Positions 39,650 to 54,801 are shown, counted from the stretch's first letter. The stretch is DNA of 64,000 nucleotides from Eledone cirrhosa (GCA_964016885.1 OZ024740.1:86366001-86430000); one strand, 5' to 3'. The notes: generated from the letters alone by a model not told the origin. Made by a program: numbers and translations.

Positions 39650-41720
39650 TTTCATAAGTTTTCTCTTATAAATTTATATTTTAAGTATCTCTGGGATCGT
39701 GAGAAAATTATTTTAACAAAACCCTTAGTATAGTGTCCCTATACAAGCGATGTTGACTTAAACTCAGATCGCAAAGTGTCAGAACAAATACTACCAGATA
39801 GCTCATCCAAAGCTCAATCAATTCTGCCAAACCGGTACGTTTGACTATTGGAGTCTCTTCCATCTTATTGCCTCCATAAAGGCGTCCGTTGTGTGAAGAC
39901 TTTTTCTTGTGGATATATTCTGCTTGATTCGGAATGATAAACTCTAAATAGCACATTGCAAAACGTCTAATATAAACATACCTTCAGAGATAAGGGCTAT
40001 AGATTGGGAAAATACTTTGTATCGCTGGCTGATATCGTGTCTATTGCGAATCGAATTTTTTAGTTTTCCAAATACTGAAAATGGTGCTTAAACCAGTATT
40101 TTCCTCTCTTCCGGTTCAGTTGATAATATACTGCTGTGCTACACAGGCACTATGGCGTATTTTACTTCAGGACCATTTATTTTCATAACACATTTTACAT
40201 TCTTACTACATGCTTCGCCAATCAGTTTAGTGGATATTTTCAGTTCGTCAAACAGCGTGGATATTAAGGTTGTGCCGTCAGCAAATCTATCATCTATGTG
40301 GAAAACATCAGTGAGTCGTAGACTTTTAACTATGTTTTTGTGTTTTCTTATAACAATTTCCAGGGAGATGTTAAAAATGATGGGGAGATAACCTTCCGTA
40401 CTGCAAACAAATCTATCAGCTGATCACACACGGTATAACATCTCTATAAATTACAGTATCTTCGGTATTACACATATTATTGTCATCGTCTTCTATAGGA
40501 AATTCCTCCAGATGTTGCTGAAGGAAGCTTTAAAGTAGATCCAGTTAGAGTATAAGGGCGTCTGCTTTTTTCACATCAACAGTACATCTACGAGTGGAGC
40601 GATGTGGGCTAGTGGTATGGGTATTGAAATTATAGTCATAATATCGTGGGTTTGATTCTAGGACTAGGTTGTGTGTTTTCTTCTTGAGCAAAACACTTCA
40701 TTTCACATTGTTCCAGTATACTCAGCTGAAAATGAATACCAGAAATAACAGGGGTTTAATCATGTGATTGACTGGTGACCTCTCCGGGAAAAGGATTTGT
40801 ATTTTCAGACGCTTAACACCGCAGAAACTTTAGAAATATCGAGACAGACTTTAGAAATATCTATGAAGTCTAACACTTAATTGGCTTCATGTCGCTTCTC
40901 AGGTTTTACTTTTTATTCTGTTGTAAAGGATTCTACTAACCAAATTTCCCAGCATTAAAAAGAATGGAATTGCACTGTATGTTTCGAACTTTTGCTTGTT
41001 ACGCTTTTCATATATTGGAGTTACCACAATGCAGGTCCAATTTATGTTTAATATTATTTTGAATTTTGTGTGTAATGTCCTTCTCCTGCTTTTAGTATTT
41101 CAGCTCTATATCGGAAGGGTTTATCGATTTTGATATATTTCCTTTTTATACTGCCTTTTCTATTTTTTCTTTTGCTATTTCTCCATGAATATATATATTA
41201 GATGGACCATCCGGGATTTCTGATATTGCCTCGAGGTTGTTTTAGAATTTAGCATTAAGATGTTATTCAAAATTGTCACATCAACATTGAAGTACTCTAT
41301 CTATGTTTGCATGAACGTTACCGTCTTTATCTTATATTGCACTATATATTTTTACTGCTCTTTCACTCTAGTATGAAAACTTTGTGACAATTATTGTTGT
41401 TGAAGTCAGCTTCTAGTAATTTTATTTTGTCTTGTAAAATATTGTTTGTTTGTATTTACAACATTGTTTTCACTTGTATGCAGTTCTTCTTCAAGTTTTG
41501 GTTTAGACAATATCATTTGAATTGTTTATAATCTCTGTTCTAGCCTTTCACAATTCTTCACTGCATATTTCGATTTCACTTGTTTTCCAGTCTTCAAACC
41601 GACAATTTCTTCTGTTAGTTTTTTGTGGTCTCTCTTTAGAAGAAGGATTCACTTCGTCTATACTAATTTTTTCGAACAGAAGCAAAGGTGCGAAATGCTT
41701 CCTATCTGCTTTTTAAACTT
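39650..41720 (-). mobile_element. Old RTE/RTEX-like LINE remnant interrupted by a CORE-like SINE
   Basis: SPIIFNISLE..DRFADGTTLIS..MKIN (RT); FAPLL, DKDGNV, HLN (linker); many stops. Confidence 0.65.
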
Positions 41721-42226
41721 TCAAAGAAGAAGAAGAAGAAGAAGAAGAAGAAGAAGAAGAAGAACTACATCACAGACCCCCACCCCACCCCCAAAACCCG
41801 TGAAATCTATACACACTGTCATAACTGTTAGACTAATGAGTTCACTTAGCAACCACGTTTTGTCGACTTCGGTTCTGACGTGTAGCACCGTAGACTTAGG
41901 TTACGTAAGTGTTTGAAATTTGGTAGACGACAACTATGTGGAAGCCTTCATATTTAGATATGTGTGTATGCGTGCGTGCATGTGTATGTGTCACTTAGCT
42001 AAATATTCGAGATTCACGTGATGGACACAAAACAATCTTTATACAGGTATACAAGGGCAACGCACCTAAGAACGTTGTTTTATTACGAGTGCCCTTACTG
42101 AGAATTGTTTCATTTGGATTCTGACAGAAGTGAAACTTTTCTATGTTTTAAATAATACATTTATTCAGAATAAGAAACATTCTTCCTCAAGATAAGGGGC
42201 ACAATGTCTGGTTCCCGAGCATACTG

Positions 42227-42283
<57 letters not shown>

Positions 42284-45200
42284 CAGCGTCTGGAGTCTTT
42301 TCTAGGGACGTCCCGTTCCCTGCTTTTAGTGGGGGATTGGAATGGTATCCTGGATGCACGTTGGGACTATGCAGGGGCATGTCCCGACAGAGAGGGGTGC
42401 AACAGCCTCAAGGGGTTACTCGGCCGATTTGACCTGGCCGATAGATTTCGACTAGATTTTCCGACAGTGCCAACCTGGTCTTGGTCAAATCGCAGCGGAT
42501 CATCTAGGTCGTACCTAGATAGATTTTTAGTTAGAAATAAGGACAGGGACTTTTTAAGTTGTCCAGAAATGCTCATGGTTGGCTATTCAGACCACAAGTT
42601 GGTGACCGGCATGGTCAACCTTGATAGAACGCATAGACAGGGCCCCGGTTACTGGAAGCTCAACTTGTCCTTGCCGGCAAGTAGAGCCTACAGGGATCGG
42701 ATTAGTACGTTAGTTAAGGAACGATTGACTGGAGCGATCGTCAACAGCAGGTGGTGGGTATCTCTAAAGAGAGAGATTAGAGTAGTCTCGATAGAATTTA
42801 GTAAGGTTCTAGCTGCGGATAGGAATAGGAACGAAAGGGAGCTAATAGATAGAGTAGAAGAGGCAATTAGAAGCGGCGACGTGGCCAGAGTGCTAGCGTC
42901 GAGAACGGCTTTGAGCCAGTTTTTCGACGCGAAGCACGAAGGCTGCGTTGTCCGAAGTAAAATACGTGCTCTAGGGAACGAGGGAACCAAAGCTGTTAGC
43001 TGGGCCCGCGTGACAGAGGCCAACAGTGGAACTAAATCCACTATCCGGTCTTTGCGAGACCTGGATGGACGGGCGATTCTTGAGCCTAAGCAGATGTGTG
43101 AGGCCTTTCAAAGGCACTTTGCCCGACTGTTCGGGAGGGGCGGGGAGCCGGTTGGGAATGTGGACTTCGGTCCATACCTCGACGGCCTGCCGCGTCTCTC
43201 GGACAGGGAGGCGAAGTCCTGCGAGGAGCCGATTTCGGCCGCTGAAATAGAGGACGTGCTGGGCCAATGCGGCAAACGCAAATCCCCGGGTCACGATGGT
43301 CTTCCTTACGAATTATATCTAGCTATGCCGGACTTGTTCCCCGATCTCCTCGAGGCGGTCTACTGCAACTGGCAACAGAATGGGAGAATTCCCTGTACTG
43401 TGACCAAGGGCGTAGTCACGCTAGTGAGGAAGGACGAGAACAAGGGGGACGAAATAAGTAACTTCAGGCCCATAACTCTGCTAAATACAGAGTTACAGAT
43501 TTTGGCCAAGGTGCTAGCAAAGAGGTTGGCGCTTGTCGTGGGCAACCTGGTGGGAGATGCGCAGACATGCGCTATCCCGTCCAGGTCAATCCATGACAAC
43601 CTCCACCTTATGCGATACATCATAGAGAGGGTTGGGAACAAACCCGGCTTTGGTGGGGCCCTGATCAACTTGGATCAATCTAAGGCGTTCGATAGGGTCG
43701 ACCATGGTTACCTGGATGCGGTGCTAGCGGCGGCAGGCTTCGGACCCGTTTTCAGGGCTGGATCACTGCTATGCACAGCAGCCGCATCTGCTCTAGGGTC
43801 AAGGTGAACGGCTACCTCTCGGAGCCGTTCAAAATCGCGCGGTCCATCCGACAAGGGTGCCCTCTCTCCTCCCTTCTGTATGTGTTGACTCTCGAGCCAC
43901 TACTGCGGAAGTTGGAGTTGTTGCAGGGCATCCCTTTGGAACCGGGATTGCGGAAAGCGGTGTCGGCCTACGCCGATGACGTGACAGTAATGGTGTCGAT
44001 GGCCTCCGAAATCGAGGCGGTCGGCACCTTACTGGAGGAGTACGAAAGGTTCACAGGGGCTAAGCTGAACCGGGACAAGTCGATCGGTTTGCAACTCGGC
44101 ACGTGGAGGGGAAGACCGATGCCCTCCGATGGCGTCGTCGGACGCTGGACGGAGGGCCCGGTGAAGTTGCTCGGGGTCTGGTTCGGACCGGACGTCCAGG
44201 TGGAGAAAAACTGGGCGGAGGTTACGAACAGGGTGTTTGCACTGACCCAGAAGTGGGCCAGTTGCAAACTATCCCTGAAAGGTCGGGCGGAGGTGGCGAA
44301 CACCTATCTAGCGTCCGTCATCTACTACCGCCTGACCGTAGTGCCCTGCCCAAGGGAAACCCTCACCAAGATGGAGCGCGCGCTCTTCCAATTCCTTTGG
44401 AAGAGGCGGGCTCCTATGGTAAGGAGATCCATCTGCTGTCAACACCCTTCGAAAGGAGGGCTGGGGATGCCGTGGCTAATGATGCGTAAACACGCACTAA
44501 GGCTACGGCACCTCTACGTATTCCTCACCGGTCAACCGGTGTGGGCCTCGTTTGTGAGACGAACCTTTCCCAGACTCGTCTCACTCACCGAGCTGCAATC
44601 CTGGGTCAAGCAAAGACCGAGAAAACTGGGCGCCTGGCACACTGAGTGTGCCCAGGCGCTCACCGCCCTCTGGCAGGCGGATCCGGTTATCAGTGGAGAC
44701 TCCACCGCAACATTCTATAGAGGGCTGGTGCGCAGCAGGTGCGACGACGCCCTCGGAGAAGCCCTAGACATGGAGGAGGACGAACTGGCCAGCCTGTTCG
44801 GTAGGAAATTCAGCCCAGGACCTATGGACAATTTCCAGAAGTCCCTGGCCTGGCAGTGCTACCGAGGGGCTCTACCCGTTCGAGAAAAGCTCTACAGACA
44901 CGGGCGCCCGGGTAGGGACCCCGCCAAAAAGATCTGTCCCAGATGCGTGTGCGACGAGGAAACCGTTGCACACGCATTGGTACACTGCTCGGGCGTAGCC
45001 GATCTGTGGGGCTATGTCGAACAATTGATGTCAAGGGTGGGACCGATCCGGTTGACCACCGAGTCTATTGTAATAATCAAGCCGCCTCCCCCCTTCAAAG
45101 ATGAAGGAGAGGCGGTGTTTCTGTGCGTAATAGCCATGGTGAAAGAAGATGTATGGTGGACGCGTCTGAAAGGACTGAGATCAGGCACCTTTCTCTCTGG

Positions 45201-45615
45201 CCAACAACAGGTCCGTTTCTTCCGATATCATTTCGGAAGAAGGATCAGGATGGAGAGAGAGGTGCTCCACCCCAGTCGTTTTTATGAAAGGTGGGTGAAA
45301 GTGGCGAGAATGGCCCATGTGAATGGGCCTTCTCTTTACATAAGCCTGTAGGTGGAAAAGAGGAAGGAACGAGGGAGTACCCCCTCTCTGTGCTCCTGAG
45401 GAAAAGGGTTGCACACTTTTTTCGGGGGTGTGTGCGACCCCCCAAGGCGCCTCCTCTCTATTGAGGATTTTGTTATAAATTTTATTTTTTGTTATATTTT
45501 ATTTTATTTTTATATTTTGTTATTGCCTCCTCCTTATTAAGGATGCCTTTTTGTGTAAACTCCCCCCTTTGTACTTGTCCCACTTTTGATGCCCTGGTGG
45601 CAAATAAAAGAAACA
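42284..45615 (+). mobile_element. Tx1/L1-clade LINE, ORF2 (APE C-half, RT, CCHC knuckle), 5'-truncated, one frameshift near 43770
   Basis: GDWN, YLDRF, SDH, GYWKLN, KSPGHDG, FRPITLLN, DQSKAFDRV, RQGCPLS, AYADD, CPRC..ETVAHALVHC; AATAAA at 45602; (ATCT)n on both sides. Confidence 0.95.
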
Positions 45616-45633
45616 TATCTATCTATCTATCTA

Positions 45634-45695
<62 letters not shown>

Positions 45696-45698
<3 letters not shown>

Positions 45699-46330
45699 GA
45701 GGAAACCGTCGCGCACGCATTTGTACACTGCCCGGGCGTCACTGACCTGTGGGGCTATGTAGAACTACTATTATCGCGGGTGGGACCAATCCAGTTGACC
45801 ACCGAGTCCATTGTCATAATCAAACCGCCATCCTCCTTCAAAAACGAAGGAGAGGTGGTTTTCCTTTGTGTGATAGCTATGGCGAAAGAGGTTGTATGGT
45901 GGACGAGGTTAAAAGGGCTGAGGTCAAACACCTTTCTCTGCGGCCAACAACTGATTCTTTTTTTTCAAATACCTCTTTGGAAGAAGAATCAGGATGGAGA
46001 GAGGGGTGCTGTACCCCAGCAAGTTTTATGAAAGGTGGGTGAAAGTGGCGAGAATGGCCCGAGTGAATGGGCCTTCTCTCTATATCAGCCTGTAGGTTGA
46101 GGAAAAGGAGGAAGAGAGGAAAGGGGTACAAACTCTTCGTACTCCTGGAGATGAGGGTTGCACATTTTTTTCGGTGTTACCCATATTAAATGTCTCCCCT
46201 AATTGGAGAAAATCGATTAACTTTTAAATTACATTTGTGATAATATTTTACACGTTTTTATTGTATGTAAACTTCCCCCTTTGTATTTGTCCTCTTCTTT
46301 TGTGCCCCTGTGGCTAATAAAGAAACATAT
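45696..46330 (+). mobile_element. Second, diverged Tx1 3' fragment
   Basis: EETVAHAFVHCPGVTDLWGYVE... paralogous to 44955-45615; ends AATAAAGAAACATATCTAT. Confidence 0.92.
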
Positions 46331-46444
46331 CTATTTATCTATCTATCTAGCCATCTATTTCTCTCTCCTCCCCCTCTCTCTCTAGCTCTCTCTCTATATA
46401 TACAGTATATATATATATATATACAGTATATATATATATATACA

Positions 46445-46513
<69 letters not shown>

Positions 46514-46533
46514 CACATATATATATATACACA

Positions 46534-47530
46534 CAAAATTAAATTAAGGGTGTCATGTCTGAGAGACATGCGCCATATCCACTGCAGAATATGCTCAAAG
46601 ATTCCAATGAATAGATCCGAGCATTTTATATCAACTAGAAATTGATTGACACATATACACATATATATATAAAATAAACACATGAAACAATCTCAGGGAA
46701 TAATTTGTAAAGTGTGTAAACACACGCAGCTAGGTAGGTAACTGATTAAAGTTTAACTAGAACTTCAAATATAGATACTTTTTTAAAATGATTAATATCC
46801 TTTGTGTATATTTCATTAAATAAAGAAATATATATATATATCAACTAGAAATAGATTGACACATATATATAAAATAAACACATGAAACAATCTCAGGGAA
46901 TAATTTGTAAAGTGTGTAAGCACACATAGCTAGGTAGGTAACTAATTAAAGTTTAACTAGAACTTCAAATATAGATACCTTTTAAAATGATTAATCTCCT
47001 TTGTATATATTTCTTTAAATAAGAAATATATTTTACCAATTGAAATTTCACCAGCTGTCGATAATCCCATTCACGCCACTGGGATGACGCGGTGCGATGT
47101 CTGTATTTTTTATAAAATGCAACACGTGATTCGTGTCATTCACAGATTTGCATTTACTGTGTAAACACAGATGGTTGGATCTTCTCCTTTGGTGACCATC
47201 CGATTTGGCTACTGTGATTTACGGATTAATTGGTGAAATATATTTCTTATTTAAAGAAATATATACAAAGGAGATTAATCATTTTAAAAGGTACCTATAT
47301 TTGAAGTTCTAGTTAAACTTTAATTAGTTACCTACCTAGCTATGTGTGCTTACACACTTTACAAATTATTCCCTGAGATTGTTTCATGTGTTTATTATAT
47401 GTATATGTGTCAATCTATTTCTAGTTGATATAAAATGCTCGGAACTATTCATTGGAATCTTTGAGCTTATTCTGCAGTGGATATGGCGCATGTCTCTCAG
47501 AAATGACAACCTTACCTTAATTTAATTTTG
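46534..47530. repeat. Foldback element, about 300-bp arms, with an about 205-bp tandem duplication in the left arm
   Basis: X(46534-46627) Y(46628-46830) Y'(46836-47040) loop revY revX(to 47530); flanked by (TA)n. Confidence 0.9.
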
Positions 47531-47555
47531 GATATATATATATATATATATATGA

Positions 47556-47677
<122 letters not shown>

Positions 47678-48134
47678 TTTAGATAATTCTTTATTCAGTT
47701 ACTGGTTTTGTAAAATTAATCCATTTCAATTGATTCTACCTAGAGATTCGAAACGGGACTAATTCTGTGAAACTGGTAACTGAATAATGGCTACATGCTC
47801 TATTCACTGAAGTATTGAATACATTACGTCGTATGGGAAAGCTTTGTTCTCATGAACAAACGTAGAGGAAGACATATATACATACATAGAGAAAGATTCA
47901 TATATACATCCTTACAGAAATACATACATACATACATACATACATACATACATACATACATACATACATACATACATACATACATACATGCATACATATA
48001 TGCATACATACATGTATACATATATTCGGAGAAGAAAATAGATAGATACATACATACATGCATACATATATACATACATGTATACATACATACGGAGAGG
48101 AAGATGGGTAGATAGATATATAGATACATACATA

Positions 48135-48393
48135 CATGATGGCTGCCCCCTCGTTATCGAGTATGGCCATTGCACTATATACCATTATTAATAATAATTA
48201 ATTAATTCTATCGTGCAATGCCTGTGCGTGAAGATATTTTTTAAAGTGACGAAAACTATGCACTGAGCCAATGCCACTCTCTGAGCGACAGTAGCTATAA
48301 CCCGAAAAGAAGAAAAGATCAACATCATCGGGAACTACTGAACCGCATGTTTTATATCGGAGTTATCCCAGTTTCCTGAGTTGCCTTCTCCTA
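48135..48393 (-). mobile_element. Non-autonomous RTE derivative, 5'-truncated
   Basis: Revcomp-similar to 5142-5400. Confidence 0.85.
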
Positions 48394-51300
48394 CATACAT
48401 ACATAGACAGTCAACGCGATCAGTCGCATATTTTGGCGTGGGAGACTATTTATTAAATTTAAGATGAATACTATCTCCGACAGTAATGCCACAACTTCAG
48501 TCAGGTTGAATAACTGGTTATTCTTCTAACTATCCCTTCTGAAGACACCTTTTATTCGAATTCGTAGAGATATCCGACTAAATACATAATTCATTTTACA
48601 AGGGTTTGCTACAAACAACATGGCTGAACACAACACCAACAACAAAATTAAGGAAGTATCGAAGACAAATAACAAGGAAGGTAATCAAACTTTATTCAGT
48701 TGTAGCTACAGAAGAAACCGAAATTATAAATCGCATTTCACTTGGAGTTGCGAACTTAATAATGATTTATTTAATTGTTATAAAATGGCAAATAAAACAA
48801 TCCCTCCATTGGCTATATGAATAGAATGAAGCTACACTGGGACGAAATGCACCCAGAGCTAAATTATTTCACAGCGAAACAATTACGCCAACAGGCGACG
48901 TTTGTTGAACGTAAAAATAAGATAAATATTAATTGTAAGTCCCCAACAACAAACATGTTATCAACAACATGTGATACAGGTCGCCATACTACTAGACTTC
49001 CTAGCAGCCAGGTCGAACAGCCTCTTGAAACAACTATGCCTGTAAGAAACTTGACACCACCGGTACCATCTAAATCTACCTCGAATGCTGGGGAAAACAC
49101 TATCGATAGTAATAATAATCGAAGAAATAATAATAATAATCGAATAAATGTGACACCACGTGTACCATCCGAGTCTACCTCGACTGTTGTGGAAAATACT
49201 ATCGATAATGATAATCAAAAGTATAAACAATTGTAAATTTCCCCCAACGAAATCTTCCAGAGAGAAATTAGCTCATGTATAAATATCTCTCTGGCTGAAC
49301 GTGTTAAAATGACAATGTTGAATAAAAAAAACAAATAATGAAATACTACTTGTTATTGACGAAATAGGGGATAAATATTTACGACGGATAAAAACACCAA
49401 CATTTTGGCAAATCAACGCCTGTTTATATGTCTTAGCAACGACAGTGAAGCATTACCTTGGTGATAGCAGAGATATTAACAAGAACAAAACACCACCAAA
49501 AATACCATCATATATAACTAAAATAGAAAAAAAGAGTGCTGACCTACGAAAAAACATAGGATATGTGACAATGCTCCTTACATGCAAACAAACACACAAA
49601 AAAAACTCACTCCTCACCAACAAAGAGTGAAAATTAAAATAGAGACGATGTTTGGTAGCAGTAGAACCAGAACTCTCCAATATAAGCTGATCAACCTCAA
49701 ACAAGAATTGAGAGCTGTTAGCGAAAAACGCCGATACCTGAAGAAGGTAGATGAGAGAAAAGTGCTTAATAAAAGATTCAGATGAAACCAAACATCAGTC
49801 TATAGAGATATGAAGGGCAAGATAATAATAAGTCACTGAGGCCGCATCCCAGAGAGACATAGATTCCTTTTGGGGAAAAATATGGGGTGAAAAGAAGAAT
49901 TTCAACCAAGATGCAGTGTGGCTAAGAGAAATCCGAAAGAACTATTGCTCCTACACTACAACAAAAACATACAAAATAAGTGAAGGTACCCTTGAGACTG
50001 TGATAGGAAAACTCCAAGATAAGAAAACACCAGGAAGAGACATGATTGTCGGCTACTGGTACAACAAGCTAATATTCTATCGGAGGTATCTTACTGACCT
50101 CTACCAACAAGTTCTTAAGGGAGATACACTTATACCAGAATGGTTGACATTAGCACAAACGTTACTGGTCCCCAAGAACAAAGACACCCACTTGGCAAAA
50201 AACTACCGACCCATTGCATGCCAGAACCTGATGTATAAGATGTATACAGCCTGCCTGAACCTATTCCTCCAAGATTACTGTGAAAATAATAACATCATCA
50301 GAGATGAACAAGCAGCTGGAAAGAAAGGGGTTTGGGGATGTGCTGAACAACTCCTAATCAACAAAACTGAGATGTCGGAGGTGCGACAACTTAGAAGGAA
50401 TATGACTACAGTCTGGCTGGACTACAGGAAAGCTTTCGATTCTGTTCCCCACTTTTGGATGATAGAGGCCCTCCAACTTGCTAAAGTCCCAGATATTATT
50501 GTCAGAGCCATAGAGAGGCTGTCTTCTTCTTGGGCTACTATTCTAAGGTTAAAGACAGAGAGGGAGGACTCTATTTTCACTGATAAAATAAAATATTGCA
50601 GGGGTATATTTCAGGGGACAGTCTCTCTGTGATATTGTTCATTTTGTCATTAAACCCCTTGTCCTTTCTGCTCAAGAAATGTGAGGCATACATCATTGGC
50701 TCACAGGAGGACAGAAATACGAACCTAACCCATAATTTCTTTGTGGACGATCTGAAACTCTATGCCAAGAACATGGATGGGATGAAGAAAAATCTTGACC
50801 TGGTAACAACGTTCTCAAAGGATATAGGAATGTAGTTTGGCCAAGATAAAGCGGGGAAAAACAACAACCCAATCTAGCAAATTGTCATCAATGGTCTAAC
50901 TGTTTCACCGATATCTGATGAGGACTGCTACAGATACCTTGGGATAGATGAGAACATATCCTATAATGGTATCTGTAATAAAGAACGCGTAACCAGGGAA
51001 TACTACACCCGATTAAGAAAGATCTGGTCATCGGAACTCTCTGCGCAAAACAAAACAGTGGCTCACAATGTGTTCGCTGTGCCTGTCCTAACACCAACGT
51101 TTGGAATACTCAATTGGACGATAGACGAAATCCGAGCAATTGATGTTGGAACTGGAAAAATACTGAACAACACCGGAAACTTTCACATCAACAGTGACAT
51201 AGACCGCCTTTACTTGAAACGTAAGCAGAGAGGGAGAGGCCTAACATCAGTCCAGACAACATTTGAATGTCGCATCATATCTCTCCGACAACATCTACGA

Positions 51301-52490
51301 ACCTCGAAGCGCAGGAGCCCGTTTCTCGAGCAAGTCTATCTGCATGAAACAGATAAGATCATGAGAGTTGGGAAGGAACTCTTTGAGAGATATTCCCTGT
51401 GTGATAATCAAAATATCACACTCAGGGATGTCGCTCAACAGTATCGCAGTGAATCTATGGATGAAAAACTGCATACCTATCAGCAAAAAATCATGCATGG
51501 ATATGTTGCCAGGAAGCTCCAGAGTGAGAGTAATATAGATAAGGAAAGTAGTCTATCTTGGACCAACAACCGCTATATTGGCTCCCACTTTGAAGGATAC
51601 GCTTTCGCAATCCAGGAACAGGAGATTAGCACGAAATACCTGATTCACAAAAGAGATAGGGATGCAGGCAAAACACCTAGATGTGATAACAAGTGGAGAC
51701 TCTGCAGAACTAGCATCGAGGATATCACCCATGTCATCATCAGCTGTCCAAAGATGTCATCGCGGTACTATCTACCTATGAGGCAGGATGTAGTGGCCAA
51801 AACACTGTACAATGCAGTTCGTAAAAAAGATAGCCCCGATAATAAACACATTAAAAGCTACAACAATGTGGAAGACATCTATGTACATAATATGAAAGAG
51901 TACTGGTGGAATGTTCCAGTAAAAACCCCAATAAAATGCAGGCATAACAGACCAGATATTATGATATTGGACGGGGAGAAGAAAACAAGCACAGTAGTGG
52001 AAATTAGCTACCCAGCAGATGCCAATATAATATCAAAGATTAGTGAAAAGGCGAATATTTATGCAGAACTGATGAGAAATCTGCAGATACTCCACCCTGA
52101 TTACACCTTCAGATTTATGCCTGTGATTATTGGGGCATTGGGGTATGTTAGTAACTGCCTCAATACAAATCTTGAGAAGCTAGGCTTCACAGGAACAGAA
52201 AGAACGCAACTAGTTAGGAAATTACAAGTACAATCCATTAATGGAACAGTAAAAATATGTAAAACATACCAACAATTTTGCATCTAATAACTGCATATAC
52301 ACATGTACAGATACAAAGCATATACACATGCACACATACAACTCAAAATATCCACATCCACACGTACAATAACATCCATATCTTCCTAGTTGATGTTATG
52401 TAAATTCCAATGAGAGACTCTTGTGTCTATGTTAGAAACCGACTCTCTCTCTATTGGTAAAACTTTGTGAAATTATAAAACCAGAAGAAC
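48394..52490 (+). mobile_element. R4/Dong-type RLE non-LTR retrotransposon, near full length, multiple stops/frameshifts
   Basis: KTPGRD, NYRPIAC, WLDYRKAFDSVPH, GIFQG(D)SLS, HNFFVDDLKLY, YRYLG, (C)RLC..EDITHVIISC, RPD, VVEISYP, PVIIGALG; (CATA)n at both ends. Confidence 0.93.
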
Positions 52491-52530
52491 ATACATACAT
52501 ACATACATACATACATACATACATACATAC

Positions 52531-54628
52531 AAATTATATACTGGGTGCCTTAACCTGTTCTTACAGTATCACTGTGCTACCAACAACATCATAACACCTG
52601 AGCAAGCTGGCGGAAAGAGGGAGGTGCGGGGTTGCATATATCACCTACTAACTAATAAGATGATGCAAGAAAATACAACAAAGAATCGCAGAAAAATGAC
52701 TGTGGTGTGGCTGGACTATCAAAAAGCATTTGATAGTGTACCTCATGGGTGGATTGTTAAGGCTTTACAGTTAGCTAAAGTCCCACAACCATTGGTAGCT
52801 GCTGTTGAACGCCTGACCAAGAACTGGTACACCAATTTGATCCTTAGGGGTGAGAAGGAGCAGGTTAAGACTGATAAGATACATTACCAGAAGGGCATCT
52901 TTCAGGGTGATAGCTTGTCAGTGCTACTCTTTGTTCTCTCACTGAATCCACTATCTTACCTACTCAGGAAACAAGGTGGACAAAGAAGTGGGTCCAGAAG
53001 TATCTCCCATCTTTTCTTTGTTGATGACCTGAAGTTGTATGGGCCAAATATCAATGACATCAAGAAACAATTGGACCTCATTACACAATTTTCAACTGAC
53101 AAAATGAAATTTGGTGAGTCCAAGTGTGCATATTTGGCAGTAAAACGTGGAAGAGCTGTGCCCTCCTCTAGAAATCTAGAGATGAACGGCCTGACAATAC
53201 AACCTCTACAGTCAGGTGACAACTACAGATATCTTGGACAGGATGAGAATGTCAGATATGATGGACCCATAAATAAGGAGAGAACCAGAACTGAATACCT
53301 CAGAAGAGTAAAGAAAATATGGCCATCAGAACTCTCAGCGTACAACAAATACATTGCCCACAATACTTATGCTGAGCCAATTCTAACGCCAACATTTGGT
53401 CGGCTGAACTGGTCATTGCAAGAACTAAGTGAGATGGATGTTAGAACTCGAAAACTTCTCAGTGTTACTGGGAACTTTAACATCAATGGTGATGTGGATA
53501 GGCTATACTTCTCACGCAAGGAAGGTGGCCGGGGTCTAAAATCAATATTAATAACATATGAGACCCGGATAGTAACACTGAAGCAACACCTTCAACAGAG
53601 GAAAAAGGTTGGCAACCATCTTGCCCAGGTTTATGAGCATGAAAAAGAAAATATCATTAGAATAGCCACTGATCTGGAGGAGAGATATGGAATAAAGCCT
53701 GATATAAATCTCTCACCCAGAGAAATCGGAAGATCCTATTCAATGTTCAAACAAGATTAAAAAAATTGACCAATTTACAGAAAAAGTTGTGCATGGATAC
53801 TTGAGGCGTAAAACACAGACCATAGAGGCTATAAAGCACTCAAAAAGCCTGGCATGGAGTTCCGACAAGTTTATGACATCACACCTTGAGGGATATCTCT
53901 ATGCAATACAGGAACAAGAACTCCCTACCAAATATCTGCTGCACAAAAGAGGAGGGCCAGCAGCTGACAATAAATGTAGGCTATGTAAAACAAAGATCGA
54001 GGATGTAAGCCACATTGTTGCCAGCTGCGAAAGAATGTCATCTCGCTACTACTTCCCCATGAGACACGATGGGATAGCTAGAACCATCTGGAACGCACTT
54101 CGGAAAACAAAATTAACAACAAACGAGGAAGAATATATTGAGACAGATGGCACTAAGGAATACTGGTGGAACCTGAAAATAAAAACTGCCACCAAATTAA
54201 AGCAAAACCGGCCTGATATTGTTGTTTGGGACCACACTTTGAAAACGTGTTCTGTTGTGGAGATCAGCTGCCCACTTGATGTAAACGTTGTCAGAAAAAT
54301 ACAGGAGAAGGAGGACATCTACAGACCATTGATGAGGAGTTTACAAATCCAGTATCCAAGATACACCTTTAGCTTAATACCCATCATTATTGGAGCTACG
54401 GGTTATATACCAACCTGCTTGGACCAAAGTATGACTGAACTTGGATTTGCGGACAAAAAGCGCAGCTCCCTAATTCATAGTCTACAAATGGCTGCGATAG
54501 CTGGCACCTTCAAAATTTGCAAAACATTCTTGCGATTCAAGGGATGACAATTTCTTTTCTTTTACAACCTTGCCACCAGGAAGGTGGCCGGGCAAAAAAT
54601 ATACTCGAAATTAAGAGAAAGAGAAAAC
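52531..54628 (+). mobile_element. Second R4/Dong-type element (different subfamily), 5'-truncated
   Basis: WLDYQKAFDSVPH, GIFQGDSLS, HLFFVDDLKLY, CRLC..EDVSHIVASC, RHD, RPD, EISCP; (CATA)n flanks. Confidence 0.93.
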
Positions 54629-54662
54629 ATACATACATACATACATACATACATACATACAT

Positions 54663-54727
<65 letters not shown>

Positions 54728-54801
54728 TACATACATACATACATACATACATACATACATACATACATACATACATACATACATACATACATACATACAT
54801 A

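Noticed and set aside
41623-41916. Poly-Arg ORF
   Set aside because: (AGA)n microsatellite
42688-44303. Antisense ORFs within the Tx1 element
   Set aside because: Expected shadow ORFs of GC-rich coding DNA; no motifs
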